A stretch of 64,000 nucleotides of DNA, from positions 372,001-436,000 of the forward strand of contig MCFH01000034.1 in assembly GCA_002104945.1 (NCBI GenBank), given 5' to 3'. The number at the start of each line of letters is the position of its first letter. Within the stretch, counting starts at the first letter, position 1. This DNA is from Piromyces finnis finn (Eukaryota > Fungi > Neocallimastigomycota). The notes under the pieces were generated by a model. The model saw only the letters and a list, made by a program, of their open reading frames with translations, had not been told where the DNA came from and searched no databases. The translations under genes were made by a program, and so were the position numbers. This document shows positions 1 through 12,419 of this stretch, one piece after another.

Positions 1-62
1 ATATATAAAATTGATATTTATATAGATATCTAATAATTAATACTTTAATTCGTATATAATAG

Positions 63-1087
63 TGATTCTATCTTCATATTTATCATGGATATTTGTTCCA
101 TTAATGGGAATGAAAATGACTTCCATTATATATACCATACCATCGTTTATTATTACATATTTAAAATATAAATGGAAACATGAATCACCAAGATTTTTAG
201 TTAAAGAACATAAAATATTTAGTGCTGCTGATGAACTTTATGTAATTGCTGAACAAAATCACACAACTGTGCCAAATGGTACTCTTATTCCAACCATTGA
301 TGAACAAAATGATACATTTAATTCAACAATTAAATTATGTTTTAAACCACCAAAACAGCAAAAACATGCTATCTATGAATTAATAAATTTATGTTGTATA
401 GTATTAATTTTAATTACAGGTATAATGCACATATCATTAAAATCAACAACTACTGGTGATCATCATAGTATCACTCATAATATTATGAATGAAAATTTCA
501 CATTTATCAATTTATTATGGAGTATAATAAATTTATTATCAATTCCAATAGTATTAATAATATATAAAAAATATGAAAAATATCAAAAGCATTATGCCCT
601 TGCTACCTTGTTCACAATAAGTGGTATCTCTTATTTAATAATGGCATTAACTAGTCAATTTTATGTTGTATGCATTTTAAGTATACCAATCCTCTTTACA
701 ATAGAATTAGGTTTTGCAATTCTTTTTCACCATATGATAGAAAACTTTATTGCAGTTGCCAAATCTTCTGGTTTTTCATTAATGAACTATGCAATTGCAA
801 TCTATGCTTTAATCTTCATAAACATTGAAAGTTTGATAATTGATTCCTTTGTATCCTTTAAACTATGTTTAGTTGTAACAGGTTTATCAGCAATTGCACT
901 TGCTATATGCAATTTCACTGGATTCAATGGTGTTATTGAAAGAAAAAAAGATAATGGAAAGTTATCATTAGATGATCTTGAAAGTGGATCTTTAATAAAT
1001 CAAGAAATTTCAATAGATGAAGACGATGATGATGATGAAGAAATATCAATGATAAAAGAAAAAGAAGGGGAAAATATAGAGAATTAA
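63..1087 (+). CDS. MFS transporter (sugar porter/SV2/organic-cation-like), final exon; 5' part lies upstream of the window
   Basis: Multiple hydrophobic helices, the ESPRFL motif (cf. PESPRWL after TM6 in MFS sugar-porter/OCT families), a long central loop and an acidic tail. The exon begins after an AG acceptor at 61-62 preceded by intron-like AT DNA. Confidence 0.7.
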
Positions 1088-2049
1088 TTTGTTTTTGTTT
1101 TTTTTTTTAATAATAATAATAATAATAATTAGGTTAAACAAAATATATAACTAATATGTATATTAAAAAAAATAAAAAAAAATATTTATAAAATAACTTT
1201 TTTTTTTATTATTATTATTATTATATAATAATAACTCTATATAATTATTTATTATATTCATTTCATTATGAAAATATAATTATATTTAATTATTAAACTA
1301 CAGATTATTTATTTTTTTATAATTTTTATTATTAAACTTACAAGTTTTAATAAAAAAAAAAAAAAAAGCAAAATATAAAATGAATTCTTAATGTTATTAT
1401 TTATTTATAATTATATTAATGTTTTTATAATTCCCTTTTATATATATATATTTATATATACTTTTTTCATTTTTATAATAATCTTAATAGATATCATTAT
1501 CGTATTATAAAAGAAAAAAATTTAATAATGATAACAATGATAATGCTAATGATACCAACAAAAACAATAAAATATAAATAAATAAGATATTAAATTTGAA
1601 AATACATGAATAAAATTTTTGAACAATGTAATGGTAATCACTCAAAAAAAAATATTTTTTTATGATTAGCAGTATTTATAATTTATCCTTATTTTAGAAA
1701 TTATAAAATATTTAGGAAAAGAAATTTTTAATACTCAAATTTATATCTATAAATAATCCCATTTTATACCATCGTTGTTTATTATTATTTAATATATACT
1801 TTGTATTTTATTTAATAAAGATTAAATTTATTATACTTTTATAGTTTTATTCTTTTGTATAAAAATTCTTTAGAATGATTAAAAGATAAAAAAAAAAAAA
1901 GTTTTTAACTATTATTATTTCTATTAGGAAAGTAAAAAAAAAAAAATTATAATTATATAGGATGATATAGGATTAAAATAAGAAATTTAAAAGAAAAAAA
2001 AAAAAGGATGGTTGTATAATTTCAATTATGTAATACAATTTATATTTAT

Positions 2050-3975
2050 CTATTTAGTATCTTCTATGTATTTTTGTTCATCCTTTAATAATTCAGAATC
2101 ATTATCAACATTTTCTATTTTTACATCGGTGTAATGCTTATGGAAACGATCAAAGTTTATATAATTTAATTTTTCTAAAACAATGACTCCTCCAGCAATA
2201 ACTTCAATAGCTATTAAAGTAATAATAATCCATTCTAATTTGAAATTATGACGTTCCTTGAGATGACTTTTCATTAATGAAGACATATCATTAGCATAAT
2301 CTAATTTTCTATTATATATATTCATTCTTGAACGGATTTCTAAAACACGACTAATGTTACTGAAATATTCAGCTAATTGATCACTACTCCAACAGAAATC
2401 TGGTGTATCAAGAAGATCAGTGTAAAGATTTGCTGATCCACGAAGTTGGAAAAGTTCACCAATACGTTGAAGAACTTGAGTTCGTGAAAGTGGAAGTCTC
2501 TTTCCTCTAGTTAAATAATCTGGTATCCACTTATTCTTGTAAAGGTATTGATCTAAAAGATCTTCTAATACAGATAACTTTACAGATCTTGAAAAACCGG
2601 TTGAAAATGCTAATTTGGCTTGATCTGGGGCTATTGCATTACCAATATAAACAATATCATCCTTCATACCTCCTGGTCTATAATCATTTTTATAATAATT
2701 ATTATTTTAAAAGATTATTATCATTTATATTATAAAAAAAATATAATAATTTTTTTATTATTTATTTATATTCATATATTTTATCTTCACTAAAATTTCA
2801 TTTACTTACATTGTATTATTTTCGACATAATTAAACCATTCATATTCATGAATCTTTAATCTCTTAATTTCAGCCCTTTTTATTTTATTTAATAGTTTTA
2901 AATTTTCAGATTCTTCTGGACCCCATGATACAACAGTACCATCAGCGAATATATAGGCTTCATTATCATTTGTATTATTAAATTTTATTTTTAAAATATC
3001 ATTAGTTACAGAAGTACATTCTGCATAACTTTTGTTTAGTATTGTTGATAATTTTTCAATATTATATCCTTCAGCAGTACAGTAAGCCATAACCTTACTT
3101 AACTATTTAAAATTTAATTTAATGAAATAAATTAAAAAATATATATGTTTTTTAAAAATTTGAATAACTTGTACGTATTGATAAATTTCTAGGTTTAATT
3201 TTTTATTAATAATAATAATTCTTACATTTTCCTTATCGATGGTAATGTCAATATCATTTTCAACATTTGGAACATTGTCATTTTCAATAATTTCTTCGAT
3301 TTTTTTAACTTTTTCTTTTTTTTCAGTAACCTTTTTCTTATTGACTTTATTTGAAGGTTTTTTAGTGGTTGATTTATATTTATTAGAATTAGTAGCTCTC
3401 TTTTTTCTTTTAATTTGAGTATTAGAAATCTTTGGACTTAAATCATTTTCATCAATTGTTGAATTAGCATAAGACATTAATTTTTGCGATAATTCTCTAC
3501 TTTCAGCCTATATATTATTATAATAATATAAGAAATTATTATCTCTTACATATATATGCAATTATTTTATATTTAAAAAGTACAATAATGTACTATTGCA
3601 ATTAATTCGATAATGTACCTTGCGTCTCTTAGTTGATACATTTCTTGGTCTTCTTTTATTTGAGGTTGTAGATAAAGATTCACATCTATATTGATTTAAT
3701 AATGGTGTATTTAAATTCTTTCCTGACTATAATATAAATAATTTTGTTTAAGTTGATTGTTATTGTTATATATAAAATAATAATAATTAATTTTTAAAAT
3801 TTACAATACTCGTTGAAATTTTATCAATTAACACATTATTTGTGCATAAATATTTCTTATTCATAAATTAAAATTAAATAATTTTAAGCAATACCTTAAT
3901 AATTGAAAATAATAATGGATTTAATTTATTCACATTATTAAAAACAGAAAGCTTATTGACAATTAAAGAACTCAT
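2050..3975 (-). CDS. RMND1: RMND1/Mrx10-like DUF155 protein with N-terminal organellar presequence
   Basis: Exons approx 3975-3895, 3726-3619, 3517-3175, 3102-2809 and 2678-2050; phases checked. Motifs: AYCTAEGY, YIFADGTVVSWG, AKLAFSTGFSRSVKLSVLE, LYTDLLDTPDFCW, RVLEIRSRMNIYNRKLDY and the C-terminal TM KLEWIIITLIAIEV. The N-terminus MSSLIVNKLSVFNNVNKLNPLLFSIIK has no acidic residues. Confidence 0.8.
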
Positions 3976-4913
3976 CTTTTAACTTTTCCCTTTAAAATAT
4001 ATTTTTATTAAAACTTTTTTTTTATTATTTATTTATTTTTATTTTTTTTTCTTCAGTTTTTATATTTTATTTTTTTTATTTGTTTTTATATATATTTTTT
4101 CGTTGCTTTTTTGTTTTTTATTTTGCTTATTTTTACTTTGTTTTATTTTTGTTTTTGTTTTTACTTTTTTGTTTTTATAAAATGACCTTTTTATTATTCA
4201 GTAAAAAAGTTCTGGTAATAATGATAACAATTACTATTATTATAGGGATTAATTAAATTAATTATTTAAAAAAAATTTTTTTAAAAACCTTTCTTTCAAA
4301 ATACTAGAATTATTCATTCCATCCAATCATTGTCGAAGAAATTAATTTCTTTATAAAAGAAAAAAATTAAAAAAAAACTATTAAAATGTGTAATTAAAAA
4401 AAGAATGTTATTTAAAACTCAACACAAAAACTATTATTAACTTTAACCATCTTTCTCTTATTTTATTAAATCTAAATAATAAATAAAAAAGAGTAATCAA
4501 GCTTTATATTCTAAGGAATATTCATTTACGCATATTAAATAAATAAAATGTATAATCTTATTTATTATTTGTTTTTATTTTTACAAGTTTTTTATTAATT
4601 ATTAAATTATTTTTTTGCTAATAAATCCAAAGTGTATTATATATTAATACTATTAATACAACAATTTTTTACTTTCTTTTTTTTAATAATTTATTATTGT
4701 AATCAACATGTACATGTACAATTACTGAAAATTAGAGTAATACTTTTATTTTTAAAATGATATTAATCCCTTATTAATTGTTTTGTTATTTATTTTATTT
4801 AAATCTGATATTTTTTTTACCTTCTTATATTACTTTATATATATATAGTTTTATTTCTTATTTTTTCTTTCTCTTTTTTTTTTAAAAAAATTACCATTTG
4901 TATTTATTCAAAT

Positions 4914-6248
4914 TTATTCCTTTAAATACTTAACAGTATTCTTTAAAGAACCAATTTTTTCAATGGTAGCATCAGTCTTGAAACCATCTAATAACCAAAT
5001 TGGTGGCTTTCTAGTGAAACCAACACCTTCTGGAGTACCAGTCATAATAACAGTACCTGGAACGAGGGTAGTACCTTGAGATAAGAAACTGATAATAGTT
5101 GGAACATCAAAGATCATATCCTTAGTGTTAGAACTTTGTAATGTTTCACCATTAACCTTCATTTCTAATTTTAATGTATTTGGATCTGGAATAATTTCTG
5201 GTGAAACTAATTGAGGACCGATTGGAGCAAATCCATCAAAACCTTTAGAGAAACACCATTGACCACCACCAAGTTTATTACCTTGCCATTTACGAGCAGA
5301 AACATCATTACCAACAGTATATCCAGCAACATATTTTAAAGCATCTTCTTTCTTAACATTTTTACATTCCTTACCAATAACAACACAAAGTTCAACTTCA
5401 TAATCAACTTGGTTATTAGTAGCAATCTTTGGAACTTCAATAACACCATTTGGATGATTTAAAGCATGAGAGTTTTTGGTGAAAAGGATTGGGTAAATTG
5501 GTGGTTCACGTTTAGCTTCTTTAGCATGTTTTTTATAATTTAAACCAATACATAAAAAGGAATCTGGCTTTTCAAGTGGAGCTAATAACTATTTATTAAA
5601 TTATTTCATTTATTATTCCAAAATATGTTCATATAGTAAAAATTAATATATATAAAATTGATATTGTTATTTCTTTATAAACAAAATGTTTTATAATAAT
5701 ACTATATTTATAATTTCAAAATTTAGATTTTTCTTCTCCATGCTTTAAATATATATTATTTTAAATTATTGTTTTTTCATATTTTTATTTTATTTTTTTT
5801 TATCTACCTTCTTAACACCAACAACCTCATCGGTTACTTCATTATTCTTAGTAAGAATATCTCCTTTAACAATTCTAGCCTTTAAATTGTTAACATTGCT
5901 ATCATTAATTTCATTGACATTAATTGGTTCACCATAGTGAATTTTATTGTCTAAACCTTCAAAACGAATTAATCTTTTCCAAGCCTATTTTATATTTATA
6001 TATTATATACGTATATACATATACATATATATATAATAAAATAATAATAAATAATAATAATAAAATTGTCATATTAGAAAAGTATTTTGAAATTTATTTA
6101 TATATATATATTTTATTTCATTCTTTTTTTAAGATTTTAAAATAATAAAGAAATTTACTCTGTTATTAACAGAAGTTGAAGAAAAGGCTCTCTTAAATAA
6201 ATTTTTGTTGGAAAGAGCTATTTTTGATAAGGATAAAGAAGTGTTCAT
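4914..6248 (-). CDS. Fumarylacetoacetate hydrolase (FAH) family protein, FAHD1/FAHD2-like, with presequence
   Basis: Three exons (approx 6248-6159, 5982-5808, 5589-4914), phase-0 joins. Motifs: CIGLNYKKHAKE, VDYEVELCVVIGK, NDVSARKWQ, GGQWCFSKGFDGFAPIGP, VNGETLQSSNTKDMIF, GTVIMTGTPEGVG. Confidence 0.9.
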
Positions 6249-6817
6249 TCTTTAAAGTTTTTTTTTTTTTTTTTGTGTATGTTTTAAAATGATAAAAGAA
6301 AATATAAAACCTTGAAAAAAAAGTACTCTTTTATAAATAGGATTTGTTAATTATTAAATATTGGATAAGGATTATCTATACTTGATATGAAATATAATTT
6401 TCAATCTTAAATTGAACAAGCCACAAAATGTACTACATTAAAATATACATTAATTTTATAAATTATAAATATTAAAGTTTTAAAAATTACATTAATTTAA
6501 ATATAATTATATAAACAAACAACAACCATTGACTTTAAAACTACTTTTAAAGAATATAATATTTTTTAAAAAAAAAATAATTTTAAAGGTAAAAGATTAA
6601 ATTATAATATAGAATACTATAAAAACATTTATTTTTTTAAAATATACAGTTTCAAAGAGAATAATGTTTTCTAATTATTATTATTATTATTATTATTATC
6701 ATTATTATTATTATTATTAAAAAACTGTTTATTATACTTTTATTTTTAAACTTTTTTTTCCGAAATAAATAAATAAATAAAAAATAAATGAAATGAAATA
6801 AAATAAAATGAAAAAGA

Positions 6818-8463
6818 ATGTCTGCACCACCACCACCAAAAAGACCAGGACGTAATTCAATTCAAGTTGTTCAAGCTTTATATGATTATGAAAAGAGAAA
6901 TCCGGATGAATTATCATTTAAAGAAGGAAATATATTATAGTAATATTGAAATTTCATTGAATAAATTTTAAAATATATATAAATAATAAATTTTAAATTT
7001 TGAAATTCAATTTATATATAAACTAAAATTTTTTTTTTTTCTTCTTCTTCTTCTTTTATTTAATTATTCTATTATCATTTATTTATATATTTGTCATATT
7101 ATTCTTTTGCATACTCAATTACACACTATATCATTATTATATTTGCAAATTTATGAACAATTTAAACACTTGATAAAATAAAAATTTATATATTATTAAA
7201 AATATAATAACTTCAATTCATTTAGTGTTTTAAATAAAGGTATTTTTCCTTTTTAATAAATATAGTTAGATAGATAATAAATATTTCTAATTTTATATTT
7301 TCAAATTAATAAATATATATTTTTTGTAATATATTAAATTGAAATATATTAAAAAATTATAATTACAAAAATTATTATAAAATATTCCTTTTTAAAAAAA
7401 AAATACATAATATAAATAATATTTAAAGATGATCCAAATTGGTGGAAATGTAAAGCCAACAATGTTGAAGGACTTGTTCCTGCAAACTACGGTTAGAAAA
7501 TAATAATATAATATTTAAAATAAATGAATTAAATGTTTGTATTAATTAAAATTTTTTAAAAAAAAAAATAATAATAATAATTAATAGTTGAAGAAGCTAC
7601 TTCTGTAATGGATAATCCACTTCATGGTATTTTCAAATAAAATAATCTTAAATTTAAATAAAATTCAAAAATTTTAATATTTTATATATTAATATAATAT
7701 TAAAAAAATTGTTTATAAAGAGGCTGCAAAAAGAGGAAATCTTTCATTCCTTAAAGAACTTATTAGTACTGGAATTTCAGTTAATGGTAATATTGATATA
7801 TTGATATTAAATATATATGTTATATATGATATATAAAATCATTATATAATAAGTATAGTATAAATTAATAAAATTAAATTATCATTTTTACTATATTTAA
7901 GGTCTTGATAAAGCAGGAAATTCACCAATTCATTGGTCTGCTAGAAACGGTCATGTTGAATGTATTGTAGAACTTTTAAAAGCAAATCCTGTATTAAATC
8001 AACAAGTAATTCATCATTTTTAATTTATTTATATTTTTATTATTTTTTTGTTATTTATATAGTAATAGTAATAACATGGAATTTAAAATGTATAATAATA
8101 TAATAGAATAAATTAGGTGATACCCCATTACATTGCGCTGCATGGGGTAAATATGAATTTATAATAACAATAATTTGTATAAAAATAAATTAAAGAAAAA
8201 TATTATTAATATGGCATTTAAAAAACCGAAAAATAAAAAAAAAATTTTAATTATTAAATATAACAATTTAAGGTGGACATGCTGAAATTGCAAAATTATT
8301 ATTAGAACATGATGTTGATTCAACTCTTGTTAATAAGTCAGGATCTACTGCATTAGATTTAGCAAAAAATGATGAAACAGCTGCCATTATTATGGAATAC
8401 CAAGGTGCCTATGCTGATGAAGAATATGAAGGTATTGATACCGATGAAGAAGATGATGATTAA
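6818..8463 (+). CDS. OSTF1: OSTF1-like adaptor: Pro-rich N-terminus, SH3, ankyrin repeats, acidic tail
   Basis: Spliced product MSAPPPPKRPG...ALYDYEKRNPDELSFKEGNILY-VLNK-DDPNWWKCKANNVEGLVPANYV...NPLHEAAKRGN...GNSPIHWSARNGH...GDTPLHCAAWGGH...DTDEEDDD. This domain order is characteristic of OSTF1. It requires a 14-nt exon at 7226-7239. Confidence 0.85.
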
Positions 8464-8905
8464 ATAATATGCAATTAAAATAAAATAAAGTAAAATAAAA
8501 TAAAATGGCAATTTTATATCAAAATAAGATATACTAAATAAGTAAATAAATAATAGTAATAAACTATAGATTAATAATAGTTTATAATTAATAATGAATA
8601 AAATTTATATAAATTATAAAAAAGTTTAAAAAATAAATAAAATAAAATATATAAAATACATTATAAAAAAAAAAAAAAAAAAAAAAAAAGGAGAGAAATT
8701 TTCTTTTTTTTTTAAATAGTTTTTTTTTATTATTATTATTATTGTTGATTCATAATGCTATCTACAAAATACAAAATCTAATGAAAAAAAAAATTGAATA
8801 ACATTAATTTTATTTTATAAATATAATAAGTTAAATAAGATAAACTGATGATATTAAAAAAAATTATAAATAACTTAATAGATTGTTTCAATTAATTATT
8901 ACATG

Positions 8906-8946
<41 letters not shown>

Positions 8947-9000
8947 TTGGTATCTTTACTAGCAACTATAATTGCTATTATTACTTTTTATTTATTTTCT

Positions 9001-10235
9001 TTATAAAATTAACCTTGATTTGTTTAAAGATCGAGCAATTTTCAATGTACCATATTCCCTATTAACCCATTTTTTCATACTTATAATGGATTCACATCCA
9101 CACTTGTATACTAATTAACCATATAATTATTAAGATTTTTTGTTAACGAATTATATTATTTTATAAATTAAGGATGAATATTAAATTCTATATTATAAAT
9201 GTTTACTAACATTGTCTCTCCATTTCATCAAGTCCTCTAACAAATTCAGCTTTATCTCTTGTTATTTGTATTTGTTCTGAATAATCCATAATTAATGATA
9301 TTCTCTTTTTAAAGGTCTTTATTATTAAAGATATAAATTATATTGTTAATATATATTGATTTCTTGAAATTGTTTTATAATTATAAAAAGCATGGCATTG
9401 GAATTTACTTACTTCAAATAAGATACTTGATATATTCTTTGAATCTTCAGTACTTTTGTTTAAATATCAATTATTAAACAAATACGTAATAATATTAATA
9501 CTTTATATGTAAATGGTGTAAAAAGTGTAATTTCTTATTTTTAAAATTATATAGCTTTAAATATATTTACGTTTTTAATAAATTACAACCAAATTGATAA
9601 AAGTAAGGACATAATTGATACAAATGAACTGTAGTTGGTCCTGCAATTAACTGATTTAAACATTGATTTCCGAAACATTTTGGATTAACAATATCAATTA
9701 TTGGTTCGTTGCTATATGCATTTAAAAAAAAAAAATCAATACTATAAACTTTTAACTCTTCAAATTAATGTTCAATATTGAAATTATTATTACTCAGGTG
9801 AAGAAATTAATGTTAAACATGACATTGCCCAAAATGGTAATAAAACCTTTTCACCGCTATGTAACTATATTGTATATTAATTAAATATAATTATTTTAAT
9901 AACTGTTTAATTAAAATTCTGCATTTTATTCATAAAATAACAATATATAATTGTATATCAAATAAAATATTATTTTTATTATTATTACAGAACCCCCTGG
10001 ATTATTTTCAAGAAAGCCAAGACCTGGTACATCGACAGTAAATGAGACTGATAATTTCTTTATTAAAAAAATTAATTTTTTTTAATATAATTTTCAAAAA
10101 AGAAAAAGATTATAATAAATGTCTTGTAACTATATAAATCTTCATAATATATTATTTATATACTTGTTGTTCTGAAAGAATTGAATCTAAATCAAAATAA
10201 TTATCTTCATAATCATCAAATGTACCATCTGCCAT
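9001..10235 (-). CDS. PSF3: GINS complex subunit Psf3 (GINS3)
   Basis: Multi-exon. N-terminal NYFDLDSILSEQQK, LPFWAM, CPYFYQFG, TFKKRI and FVRGLDEMERQLY match Psf3 family motifs. Internal exon borders are approximate. Confidence 0.8.
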
Positions 10236-10780
10236 TTCTACTAGTATAAAATTTTAATATATCTGAAATACTTGCTGAATTATAAAAATTTAATTTATAG
10301 TTGAACAATGAAAATAATATATTATATTCTCTATAAACTTTCTTTTTTTATTATTTATAAAATCTTTATATTTACTACTCTAAAAAAAAAGTTTATTTTA
10401 TATTTCCATTGAACTAAAACTAATTTTTTTAAATTATGGACAATTTATTGTAATATAAAATATATTTTTATTATACTTTTACAAATTTAATTTTCAAAAA
10501 AATAAAATATAATTTTTTAATTACAAAATATTGTCTATTGGATAATATTTTTAAATTTTTTTTATTATATTATTTTATTATTAAAAAAAAAAAAAGGTTA
10601 TTAGGATGATGAAATATTATTAAAACAAGTGAATAGAATAGTAAAATATCATATATACTTTTCTGTTTAATAATATTAAAACAAAAGTTATTATTTTGAA
10701 AAATAAAAGATATTTTTATTTTATTAAATAATAATGAAAAAATTCTTAATATTAATTTACACACTTACTTATTCATTTAA

Positions 10781-10936
<156 letters not shown>

Positions 10937-12419
10937 ATTATTTCAAAAGTTGGTTTTAAAACACTAGATTTAATATTCAACAACTATATTTTCTAATTTT
11001 TTATATTAAAGTATAAAGAAAAACGGATAAATTCTTATATACTTTAATAACTAGTTCATATGTATATATATATATATATATGCCTTTAATACTTCTGGCC
11101 AAAATAAAGTATAAATATCATAAAAATAAAGATGAGTGAATTTAAAAATAAAATAAAATTTAATGTGATGTGATAGTATATTGGTGACACCAAAAAAAAA
11201 GGTATAGCGTCTTTTTATTAGAGTTATATTTTAAAGTTGAACTGTACGTCAAATTATATATTATAAGTAAATGAAAATAAATATAGATATTATATAAATA
11301 ACTTTATCTATAAAAACTTTAAATATATACAAACTTTATCTTATTACAATAATAACTTTTTGTTGTAAGCAATCTCCCTTTTGTTAAAAAGAAATAATAA
11401 AATGATTGAATTAAATGAATAAATTAAACTAATTGTTAAAGTTCATTCCATTATAAAATATATTTTAATTAACAATCAACTCAATACCTTTTAATATAAT
11501 TATCCATAATATCATTAGCATGTTTAATATTATGTTTTTAATGAAATGAAATTAAATCTATTCCATTTTTAATACTTCATTATTACATTTTAAAAACAAT
11601 TATAAATTGAATTGACTTATAAAAATCGAAATTCAAATAATAAATTTATTAAAACTACCTAATTAATGAATATCTTCATCTTTTACATATAAATATACTT
11701 TTTTTTATATTTATATATATTTTAAAATTTATTTTAAATATTTTCAAATAGAATTTTATAATAATTAATTAATATAATTTATTTTCTTGAAAAACAATAT
11801 TATTGCTTGTAAATTTGTGAAATTAAATATTATTCATTATTATTTAAAAATATTAATAATTCATAATTAAGTTTCAATTTAATATTAATACAAAGTTTAG
11901 TTTTCTTTAATTCTATATTTATATATTTGTTTTTTTATCCTCATCTTTTTTTTTTTTTTTTTCTATTTAAAAAAAAAAATATTTAAATTATATATAAAAT
12001 AAACATAAATGAAAGAATATTGAGTGTAGAATATTGTAAAATAATAAAAAAAAAAAAATAAAATAAAATAATTATAATCAGATCTATTACAGAAATAAAG
12101 AAATATAATTTATAAATTTATATAATAATTTTATTAATAATTATATTTTGAAAAATATATAAAATATATAAATGTAATCATTATATTTTTTTTAAATAAT
12201 AATTATAGCTACATATAAGTAGTCTATATATAAATATTAAAAATAACTAATGTTTTTTTTTTTTCTATTTATCTACCTACATATATATATATGTATTACT
12301 ATTTATATCAAATAATTTCAATATTATAAAAATAATATGGATATGATGTGAATTTTATATAATCAAAAATAGTTTTGAATTATAAATAATTAAAAAAAAA
12401 AAGTTATTTTTAGTTAAAA

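Noticed and set aside
3810-3855. Possible 46-nt exon and 39-nt intron in RMND1
   Set aside because: Including it breaks the phase. Exon 1 (phase 0) joins the 3726 exon directly.
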